NCBI GenBank assembly: GCA_964035545.1
Contig: OZ037766.1
Coordinates: 32,354,773 to 32,418,772, forward strand
DNA: 64,000 nt
Direction of reading: 5' to 3'
From: Bugula neritina
Lineage: Eukaryota > Animalia > Bryozoa
Positions 25,101 to 37,100 of the stretch are shown here, one piece after another. Made by a program: the position numbers and the translations under genes. A model generated the notes under the pieces. It made no database searches. It was given only the letters and a program-made list of their open reading frames with translations, and had not been told where the DNA came from. Numbering within the stretch: the first letter of the stretch is position 1; each line of letters starts with the position of its first letter.

Positions 25101-28100
25101 ATATCCTTCAAATATTGTTCTTCACCTAATCTTTCGTATTGGGAGTTATTTGCTCTTATTAATTCAATATTAGAAGTTGTGTTCACTTTCGTACATCTCG
25201 GTATTTCAGATTTGAAAATACTTTTAGTAACTATTCATAATTCTTCCACGTCTTCACTGCCCTATAAATCTTTTTGTCCATCTCATTGAGTGATGATACA
25301 TTTCTATTTCATATTCAAATGCCAACATAATGGAATTGAGATATTTTGTTTCTTGTTAGTTTTAGAATGCATGTGCTAGTCTAGAATAACCTCTGCTATT
25401 TATAGAATAACCTCTGTTATTTATAGAATAACTTCTGCTATTTTTAGCGCCACTTCTGCTATTTTTAGAACACTGACTCTGTGAGACTGAGAGGTGATAT
25501 GCCTACTGCCAACGAGTTTAGAAACTCTTACATTATGCCCTTACCCAAAGACCCATTTGCTGATCACTCTAGCGTAGACATGTTTTCTGAAGACAATCCT
25601 GTAACAAATGACAATCCCGCAGTGAATGATAATCCTGCATTTACTGACTACCCCGCTTCTACTGTAGCCGACACATCTCTCTATAGCATGGCTGATGAAC
25701 CTTCCACTAAGGTACAGTTTGTGGTGAGGGACATCACCCCACCCCTCTCTCTCATCACCTTATTCCTCTCACCTTATTCCTCTCACCTTATTCCTCTCAC
25801 CGTATTCCTCTCACCTTATTCCTCTCACCTTATTCCTCTCACCTTATTCCTCTCACCTTATTCCTCTCACCTTATTCATTTCACCTTATTCCTCTCACCT
25901 TATTCCTCTCACCTTATTCCTCTCACCTTATTCCTCTCACCTTATTCCTCTCACCTTATTCCTCTCACCTCATTCCTCTCACCTTACTCCCTTCACCTTA
26001 TTCATTTCACCTTATTCCTCTCACCTTATTCCTCTCACCTTATTCCTCTCACCTTATTCCTCTCACCTTATTCCTCTCACCTCATTCCTCTCACCTTACT
26101 CCCTTCACCTTATTCATTTCACCTTATTCCTCTCACCTTATTCCTTTCACCTTATTCCTCTCACCTTATTCCTCTCACCTTATTCCTCTCACCTCATTCC
26201 TCTCACCTTACTCCCTTCACCTTATTCATTTCACCTTATTCCTCTCACCTTATTCCTTTCACCTTATTCCTTTCACCTCATTCCTCTCACCTCATTCCTC
26301 TCACCTTACTCCCTTCACCTTATTCCTCTCACCTTATTCCTCTCACCTTACTCCTCTCACCTTATTCCTCTCACCTTATTCCTCTCACCTTATTCCTCTC
26401 ACCTTACTCAATGGCTTTAGTTATGACAATGTCTATGTCTTTTAGTATTCCATGTATTCCTATCTCGCTGCTTTATCCGATGTCATCTTAGTTTTCCATT
26501 GTACATCAATACTGCAAAATCATTACTCAATTGGATTTGCCTTCCCATTTAAATGCCGTGTTGCAGATACTTGAGATTAGGTTGGTTTATGCAGACGTAG
26601 AAATGAAAATCTCTTCCAACTGCTACTTTATTGAGTAGTTGTTGAATAAAAAGTTCCCAGTTACTTATTATCAGCTGTTCCTTCCAGCTTCATGCCATTC
26701 CATCTTTACTCCCCTTGTTTGTACAGCCATTCCACCTTTACTCCCTTACACAGCTACTTTTATTTCATTTTTAAACTTCAATTATATTTTACGACTTCCA
26801 CATTCAAGTTAAGCTCCTAATCAAACTCAATTCTGCATAATTTGGGGTAAAACTCACACTGCCGTGCAATTGTCTGCATGGCTGGTCAAGCACCGGGTAT
26901 AACACGAGATATGCTGGCACGCTCGCTGAGGGTTGATTAATAGAGGCTTTAAACGTCATCTCCATGGAGAGGATTTTAATAATAATTCAGGAAGAGTTAA
27001 AATATAATGCGTTATTAGTGGCTACTTGCATGTGGTGGATATGCGTGGGGAGAGAGTTTCTAGTCATTCTCAATAGCAGTGTAGTTTAGTGTAGAGGAGA
27101 CTTGAGTGGTTACAGTGATTACTTGTGTAGCTTCAACCATGACTTGAGTAGGTTGAAATGACTTGAGTAGCTGTAAGAGATTGACTTGGTGTAGTAGAGA
27201 CTTGCCATGCAGTGTGATAACATTTCCTCTCCGACGGCAACTTTGCGTAGACCAGTTCGCACTCGTCGTGCACTGAGTGACCGAAGTTACTCCCTGCGCG
27301 CCGTCTTGACGTGCCGTCCTCACACCTGGTCTGGTATATTTCAGAAGCTGATCCCCAGTCGACCCGCACCTCAAGTACCACCCAGTAGACATTTGGAGTC
27401 ATCTACTCTTCCTCTAACTGAGTTATACACGCAGATTAGTAAACCTCAACCTTCGAACTTTGACGATGGAGCAAACCTTTATTCTTTAGCCGAAGAAATT
27501 CCAAACTCTTTCGTCAATCTTGCAGGTAAAAATATTTTTCTCTTTACATTTGCAAGAATTATTAAAACTTTAGGGGCTGTAAAACTTTCAATTCAAAGAG
27601 AAGATTAGAAATAGAGATAATATCTAAATTGCTGTTCAGTAAACCTGAATCTCTTGAACTAGTTTGTTATTCTCCGTGTATAACTTTATTAGTTAATCTC
27701 AGTTGAAATGTTTTCAAAATTAAAGAATAATATTCAAATCGTATCACTGACAAGTTAAAGTGAAAAGAACTATAATAAGTTACATAATTGTGTGTTTGTG
27801 GTATTAGTAGGTATAACAGCCTAAAGTTTCCTACAGTTTACATTCATTCACTTGAAGCAGAAGGTGGTTCATTTTATTTATTTTAGTACACACTGGAAAT
27901 CTCCAGTTTTTAGCTATTTTTCACAAATTAACTGCTAATGAACATGGGCTTTTGCCCAAAACTAGTAAAATATGAATGAACACACCTAAATAATCAAGGT
28001 TCTTCTTAAACTTGCTTGATTTCCCATATTTTTCCTAATTATTCAGCTACTTTTGATTTCGGAGAGTTATGTTTTTTCATAACACTCTGCAAATAATGAA

Positions 28101-31100
28101 AAATAGCTAAAAACTGGAGATTTCCAGCGTGTACTAAATTAGGTAAAATGACCCAGGTCTGTTAGCTTGGGTACTTTATTTTGCTTCTAGCTAAATCTGC
28201 TGGTACTGTATAGTTTATATTAAACTCTATTTTATGTACTTAATTTCGCCTTTCCTGGCCATTGACTTTGACACGTACACTACTTGTACGCAGTTACTAG
28301 TCTTATTTGTTCTATGAGCTCTAACTCTCTAACTTGTTAAGGGAGGTCATTGTGGGAGACATGTCAAGAGAGGTCGTTGGTTTGGGTTATTTAGTGTATT
28401 GAAGTTGTATTACCATTGATACTTCTGTATTCTACTCCTTGTTCAACAGTTTTAGTTTGATTTTAATTCAAATTTATGAAGCAGAAATTGAAATATCATT
28501 AAAAAGTTTTACATTTGTTTCATATGCTTTAATGAAGCACTTCTTTCTCCAAAAGCGCAATATAAGTGTTTTTGTTTTCAATAAAACTATGACTTTATAT
28601 CTCTATTTTTTTCTAATAAGGAAAAGTCTTTGCTAGCCTGTTTGTGGGCTTTTGAGTTTCAAAAGTAGTTGCTATGACAACAAGTTTACCAACCCTGGAT
28701 CAATAGTTACAATAACTGTAGAATCAGCTGTAGCCAATAAAATTACTGTTGAATTATGTTGTAATATTTTATATTGCATTACATTATGCTATTGTTTGAT
28801 TTCAAGTCCATAAATGAATAACACAGCTAGTTTCTCTCAGCACAGAACTAACTACATGTGGGTGGTTTTGTAGTTCTGTTGTGTTATTTGAGAAGAATAA
28901 TAAATGCAGTAAATTCTATCTTAGAAAACCCTATGTGATGAAATCACTTATCAGTAGTTACAGTTAGTAGTTACAGTCACTAGTTACTAGTAACAGTATT
29001 CACAGTTACTAGTTACTAGTGACAGCAGTTACAGGTATTATTTTTCTCATTCACTGGTAATTCTTGCTAGTTTGGATTTTAAGTATTGATTTAGTCAATT
29101 AATTTATTTATTTATAGTAAATCATTAATAAACAATCTGCAAGAGTGTGATAAAATCTGTTTTGATCCCAAACTTACATAATTATGGTTTTTAAGGTTGA
29201 AAGTAATTCAAAGTAAGTTTTTCTTAAGAATACTTGACCATACTGTACTGTTACTTAGCAATTCCATTTTCTTTGGAAGTAAAGATTTTATCAGATAGCA
29301 ACACGGGTTACCTTCAGGTGTCTCACCTGCTTGTTCTGTATCAACACAAAAAGATGCTCTAAGCTTCATCTTAATTAAAGAATCCCTGACACACTTCATT
29401 TATGCAGTATTAAAATGTTCATATACATCTTAGCTATCATCTGCATACTGTTTAAAGGTTGAGTGCTCAAACAATTTTGTCTTGCAATACATTTTCGGCA
29501 AACATGTCTTAAATTAATTTGGAATGTTTGTTAATGTAATGAGCTACCCGGTTGGTTAAAGTCTTACACCGCTTAAAACATTTCTTGCTGAGTTTACTTC
29601 TGGGTATCCAGGGGTGAGAAAATCATTTTTCCTTTGTCTGTTTTCATTGGCTAAGTGGTAAAATGAACCATAGATATACCAACTCTTCCAACTTCAGCAC
29701 TATTCTCAAGTTTCTATCAACTGCCACATGCCAAGTTCTGATAGTCACGTGATTTTCCTGATGAACAGCTTATAGCTTTGGACAGAGTACTTTTCTGCTA
29801 CTGAGCAGTCACCTGCTCCACCCTGCCTGTTCATTTATTGTTTGTTTTTCTGCTTGTTGTGTTTACATGTTGGTGAACCCAATTTCCTGGTTGCCAAGGT
29901 GACAGTGTAGACAGGACCTGTTGCTAAGCCACTTTTCTTGCGATATCTTAGAACTGGTTGACATTGGGTGGTCTCTTGATAACTCTACTTCCTTCGGTAG
30001 TTTCCTTGTCATACTTGGCACACATTGCTTAGCTTCTGTCAAACTCTCTAAGTAGAGTACTCACTACTCACAGTCACTGCTGTACTCTCTACTCACTACT
30101 GACAGTCACTGCTGTATTCTCTACTCACTACTTACAGTCCCTGCTGTACTCTTTACTCACTACTTACAGTCACTGCTGCACTCTCTACTCACTACTCACA
30201 GGCACTGCTGTACTCTCTACTCAGTCACTGACAATTGCACTATACGTAAGGGGAATACACATTGTGCAGACAACTACGTGCACTATACTCTTGGGTTAAT
30301 AGACAGGCTTGGGTTTTGTTAGGCAATTGTTTGATGAACAAGAGAAGAATGTTGTCAGTGTATCAGTCATACTAGTCAACTGTAGTTGTGGAGGTACTCT
30401 AGTCTGTATTTCCTCTGTGGAGCCAGACTTGGTCTACTCTAGTCTGTATTTCCTCTGTGGAGCAATACTGGAAATATGGGAAGTTTAATTAACTGAAGAT
30501 TAGTTTGACTTGCAGCAGGCATGAGCTTGTAACTACAGTACCTGTCGCAGGCTGTCACTACAACTACCTGTCATGTACTGTCACTAACTAACTGTCACAC
30601 TTTGTCACTACAACTACCTGTCACAAGCTGTCACTGGCCTGGTTAATCCTATGTAATTTAGAGTTATCATAACATGCTAAAGAACAGCGTTCATACTAAT
30701 AGTAGCGCGACGTTCACTGTACCACGGATGTATTGCTTGTAGTGTCGTATGACAGTGAGGACACTGTAGATGAGGATAGTGACCCAGATAACCTTGACCT
30801 TCCAGATATCCCCCAAAAGAGGCTTCCTATTGCCGCCTCTCCGGTAAGTACGGCTATGCTGGTGAAATTATATAAATGTAGTGTAGTATACTGTAATACA
30901 ATGTAGTGTAGTATACTGTAATACAATGTAATGTAGTATAGTATACAATGTAGTGTAGTATACTGTAATACAATGTAGTGTAGTATACTGTAATACAATG
31001 TAGTGTAGTATAGTATACAATGTAGTGTAGTATACTGTAATACACTGTAGTGTAGTATACTGTAATACAATGTAGTGTAGTATACTGTAATACAATGTAA

Positions 31101-34100
31101 TGTAATGTAGTATATTGTAATGTAGTGTAATATAATGCGGTGTAATAGCCTACAGTAAATGCTCAACTGGAAAGAACATATATTGTAGAGAACTGCACAA
31201 AGAGAACGGCAAGGATATTTGTACAAGCAGGGAGGAAAACAGAACAACAAAGGCTGGCGGAAGAGATACGTCACTTTCGACGGTCAGAGATTGAAATACT
31301 TTAGCAGCGAAAAAAGTCGAATATCTAAACGTATTATTCCAGTAGAGGTGAGTCATATTTATTAGTTTTAACGTAGGTAATTAGTATTTATTAGTTTTAG
31401 CGTAGGTAGGTAGTATTTGATTTCATCTAATGTAAGCTAGTCAAGGGGGGACAACTGATTTTGTCTTTTGAAAAAAGCTTCAGTAGTTGACTTATTTTTT
31501 GGAATATTTTATGGGAGTTTTGAAGTTATTGGAGCAAATAAAATCAAGTAGAGTTTATTCTTCAGGATTTGCTTTCCCTTGCAGGTCATAAGGCATGTGG
31601 AAAATGACGTGAAAGACTTGGATTCCGGGAAGTTTAGGTTTCGAGTTGTCACTTTGAATCGAGAGTACTTGTTTGCGGCTGAAACGCTAGGTACGTACCT
31701 ACTCTGTCTTAATGTACTATTGCACGTACTTACTGTGTCGTACTATTGCATGTATGTACTTACTGTGTCGTACTATTGTATGTACTTACTGTGTCTTAAC
31801 GTACTATTGCATGTATGTACTATTGTTACTATTGTAATTGCCATGTTATAAAAAAGTAGCAATTATCTGAAAAGAATGTAAGTCTTGTAAGCATTTGTGA
31901 GGAAATTTTCTGATTAGTGCTCCGCAGTAAGTGTTACGTTGCTTGTCAATACCTACGACGTTGCGTCACGTGTTAACTCATAGATATCATGTTGCAGAAG
32001 ACCACCACTTCTGGACTCACATCCTGATGGAGGCAGTAATCAACTTGGACAGAAGTAGTCAGGGTTTCAAGGGTCTGGGCATCATGAGAGGGGGGAGTAT
32101 GCACACGCCCGACTTGGAAGGTGTTGTTAGACTCGATGACAACAAGAAATACATGGCTGTCAAAAATGGCCATGCCTGTTACTATAACAACGAGAATGTA
32201 AGTCTAAACTTCCTGTTTCTCTACTCTCTCTGCTTTCATCTGTGCTGAGATGAAGAGTGAATGTAACGTTGTACAGTGTTTATACTCCGTGTCCTTCGAA
32301 TGCCACGGTTGGTTTTGTTGTCCTTTTCAGGACTTCCAGTTTGGTACTCCAATACACGAGATTAACCTAGAAACCTCGTCTGTCAAAGATATCGGGAAAT
32401 GTAGGCTTCAGCTGACCACCCCGTACCACACATATGTGTAGGTATTCTCTGGAGCTAAGGCTATGGACTTGTACACTGCACACTCTTCAACTTGTTCTAA
32501 ATACTTTGGTGAACCTGTGAAGGTTTAATATTGGACTGTGTTGTTTGTTTCAGCTAGTCACCTGCTAAATGGTAGAGAGTTGGTGGAATGTTGTGTTGTG
32601 TAGTTAGCAGTGTGTATGTTTTGAGAGTGTTTTATCAGTTGTTTTGTTTTGTTGTTTGAATAGAGTGGTGCTTTTGGTTTAATTTATTTTATGGTTTGGT
32701 GTTGCACTTTATTTAGGCAGATGTTGTTGGAATGATTTGAGATATGAACTACATGCATATTCTCTGCTAGTGTTTACTGAAAAGATGGTAACTCAGATTT
32801 GACTGTGTTTTTCTTCAGTAAACTTGTGTGTTATCTTATCTTAGTTTGGGGTTATCTTTCTAGACTACATGTTGATTCTGAACATGACTTAGAAAAATGG
32901 AAAATTTCATTAGAAGATAGTATTGCTGCAGCTCTATCAGATGATAATGTGAGTATATATAGTATTGCTGCAGCTCTATCAGATGATAATGTGAGTATAT
33001 ATAGTATTGCTGCAGCTCTATCAGATGATAATGTGAGTATATATAGTATTGCTGCAGCTCTATCAGATGATAATGTGAGTATATATAGTATTGCTGCAGC
33101 TCTATCAGATGATAATGTGAGTATATATAGTATTGCTGCAGCTCTATCAGATGATAATGTGAGTATATATAGTATTGCTGCAGCTCTATCAGATGATAAT
33201 GTGAGTATATCTAGTATTGCTGCAGCTCTATCAGATGATAATGTGAGTATATCTAGTATTGCTGCAGCTCTATCAGATGATAATGTGAGTATATCTAGTA
33301 TTGCTGCAGCTCTATCAGATGATAATGTGAGTATATATAGTATTGCTGCAGCTCTATCAGATGATAATGTGAGTATATATAGTATTGCTGCAGCTCTATC
33401 AGATGATAGTGTGAGTATATATAGTATTGCTGCAGCTCTACCCCTACTGTGTACATACTGCATACATTGCCGCTCATTCCTATGTACGCAGGTACTAAAT
33501 GAAGTGTATGAGAATGCATCCAACACTACCTGCGCAGACTGTTCCTGTAGCAAGCCACACTGGGCCGTCCTACACCTGACGTCGGTGGTGTGCAGTCATT
33601 GCGCCGGTGTGCACAGGCAATACTGGCCTTCCAAAGTCAAGTCTCTAAGAATGGATGTAAAAGTGTGGAACAAGCAGCTGGTAGACGTGAGTCATGTTTA
33701 GAAATATGATACGTGATACGATGTCACAATACCAACCGACCAATCAGCGATGCCGTAGTATATATAGTCACTGTACCTTCTCCATATTGTGTGTTGTAGC
33801 TGTATGTAGCCGTGGGTAATGGGACAATCAACTCGGTATGGGAGGCCAACTTGAGTTCTACAGATAAAATCAACTCTACAGCAACTTCGTAAGCTATATA
33901 TATATATATATATATGTGCGTGTGTGTGCGTGCGCGCGCGTGTGTGTATTTTTGCATTTTATATACTCATTGCTTATCTGTAGCTTACTTCTAAATTTCG
34001 AAGTTTATAAAATTAAACACTTGAGTTATGTAAAGTTCCCAAAAAAAGTTCAACCTAAATTAAATTTTCTTCTATCTACTTTAATCTAAAATCCCTCGCT

Positions 34101-37100
34101 GTCTCTAATCAAACGAAGCAGCAACAGCTTTTCATCACGTCAGCTCAAATATTTGCAGATCGCAGCGGCAGACGTACATTCTAAAGAAATATCTCAGGAA
34201 AGCATTCTTCCCTCTTTCTATCCGGAATCTTCCGGTAAAACCTTCTCTTGGACACCTTAATCAGGTGAGGCTAGTTTGGGACATAGTTTACTTTGCTGTG
34301 TAATATTTGGGATATAGTTTACTTCGCTGTGTAATATTTGGGACATAGTTTACTTCGCCGTGTAATATTAGGGATATAGTTTACTTCGCTGTGTAATATT
34401 TGGGATATAGTTTACTTCGCTGTGTAATATTTGGGACATAGTTTACTTCGCCGTGTAATATTAGGGATATAGTTTACTTCGCTGTGTAATATTTGGGATA
34501 TAGTTTACTTCGCTGTGTAATATTTGGGACATAGTTTACTTCGCCGTGTAATATTAGGGATATAGTTTACTTCGCTGTGTAATATTTGGGACATAGTTTA
34601 CTTTGGTGTGTGATATTTGGGACATAGTTTACTTTGGTGTGTGATATTTGGGACATAGTTTACTTCGCCGTGTAATATTAGGGATATAGTTTACTTCGCC
34701 GTGTAATATTTGGAATATAGTGCCATGATTTACAGTGGAGTGTGAAATTTAACTAGTGTTTATAATCTACCAGTGAAATTCTCTCCCTAATGTTACACTA
34801 GACTATGGAGTTGTCTGTCCCACATGTGTGTGAGAGTTGGGTAGTGTGCAGCAGGTACATTATACAGCGTAACCTGATGTGCTGCTTTACCTGTAGGAAC
34901 TCTCCAACTCCATCAAACAGGGACAGTTGCCAGATATTATCTTCCTAATAAACAGAGGTGCTAGTGTCCGCCAGCCCATTCCACCTTCACAACAAACTCG
35001 TAGGTTACTCAGGCTAACCACAGTATTTCTCAGTCTATTCTATTTGATAACATTGCCAGCTCTATCAACATTTACTTGTTTTAATTTACATCAAATTTAA
35101 TGTTTTTTAAAGATATATTGTTAGCTGCTATTTCAGTGTTTTTTGAAACAAGGTTATGTTATGAAAACCATACAATGTTTTTGCATGTTGTTTCTGCAAA
35201 AGCGACAACTCCTCATTCGTAATATGCTAACTGATGACTGTTGCAGCTCTACAACTCGCGGAGTCTTACAATCATTCTAATATTGCTCAATATTTAAAGC
35301 TCAACGGGGCGGAACATGAAAGTTATGATGATATCTGGGCTGTGATGGTAAGTGTCCTGTCGTTTCTCTCAATATTATATATATATATATGGCATAGTTT
35401 ATATATTTTATTTATAACATTCTATATGTATAATATGTTATATATAACATTCTATATGTATAATATGTTATATAACATTATATAATTAACTTTAAACGTT
35501 TTATTCATTTGTAAATATTTTATGTTGTAGAAGGTATTAAATTGTATATATTCAAGCTTTGAGTTTTCAATGTCGTCAAACTATTACAAAGAAATATGAG
35601 TGCCAATTCTTATGCTGCGTTTATCCAATCATGAATTGGAATATTCTGCTTTCCTTGTAAATTGTAGAGAGAACAACTCCCTGAGGATGAAGACAACAAC
35701 AATATTCTCAAGTCCGGGTATCTGTTTAAAGTTCAAAACAATAAAAAAGGTAGATGGTGTTTTCGGTAGTTAAAAAGGAATTATATTTGTTGTGTCTGTT
35801 TGTCTTGTGGAAGGTTGTAGAATCTTTAATTTAAAAATGTTATACAGACGTGTATACTCTGTGATATTTGTATTGTTTATAGGCTTTAATATTTGTATTA
35901 TTTTTCTACTCGATATTATCTATGGGTCTGTTTTTTCATCTTCTACGAATTTTCTTCAAACTGTTGGAGGAGATAACTTTAAAGATGTTGTAAATTGGGA
36001 GTTATCACAACTCGTGCTCTCAATATTTCAGACCTCTACCCACGTCATTGGATAGTTCTTACTACTAAATCTATCAAAGTATACGAGCATGAAGTCGACC
36101 CGGAGCCAAAGCTTCTCATTCCTTGTAAAAGTATTATCAACCTGTGCTATCTAACTGAAAGGTTAGTTTAAGTACTTCTCAAGACTTAGTTTAAGTGCCT
36201 CTTCTCAAGACTTAGTTTAAGTGCCTCTTCTCAGGACTTAGTTTTAAGTGCCTCTTCTCAGGACTCAGTTTTAAGTACTTCTCAAGACTTAGTTTAAGTA
36301 CTTTTTGCATATTAGTATGAAAAAGGGGACAAATCTAATATTTTCATCACATGTTTTAGAATATTTTGTTTTAACATGTCATTTTTGTGTGACTTGAATA
36401 CTTTGTGTTTTGTGTTATCTGCAATAATATTATATAATGTATATGCCATCCCATTGGCTTGCGATGATAGTTTCATGGTGGCATTTATGCAGGTATAAAA
36501 TGCACATGGCTGTTTCTATGTTAGTTATTATGTCCTCCTTCATATGCGTAGAGACGAGCCTTGCTTTGAGTTGGTGTGTAATGGCGGGGGAGGTACGCAT
36601 GTCTATGGGGCTGAGCTCAAGGAGGAGATATATCATTGGATGAGTCAGATCCACAAGGTGGGTTTCTTAGCCTCCGTCTACCACGTTACGTAACACTGAT
36701 ACTTGCTGGTGTTATGTCTTATCCACTACTTGTTTTGTAGTTTCAACTGTCAATAGTTGAACATCTAAAAACACTAACTTAGCAGTCTTTTTCGTTTAAA
36801 TTTGCTTGTTTTGTAGTTTTAGCATCTTTAAACACAAGTTGTCGGTCGTTCCCATTTCTTGTTTTAATGCATTTCCTGTCGTTTGTATTGTAGCTGGTCG
36901 CAGCCAATCCCCAAGTCCAAAATCTAGGCCTGAACTTCACGAAGGCCGGGCATGTGCATTGTAAGCGCGGCTCACTGGGTGTAAGTCTTCCTTTACTCAC
37001 CTTCCTTTTTGTTATTCAAGTTGGTGTTCTACGTTGGTATAACGATCACTAGCATGGGGTGTATGGTACCCGTATCTTCTCCTAACCTACAATGTATCTA

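Noticed and set aside
25712-26491. Hydrophobic repeat extension of the 336-aa ORF
   Set aside because: It lies after the AAG|GTACAG donor and is a stop-free 15-bp repeat with no protein-like character.
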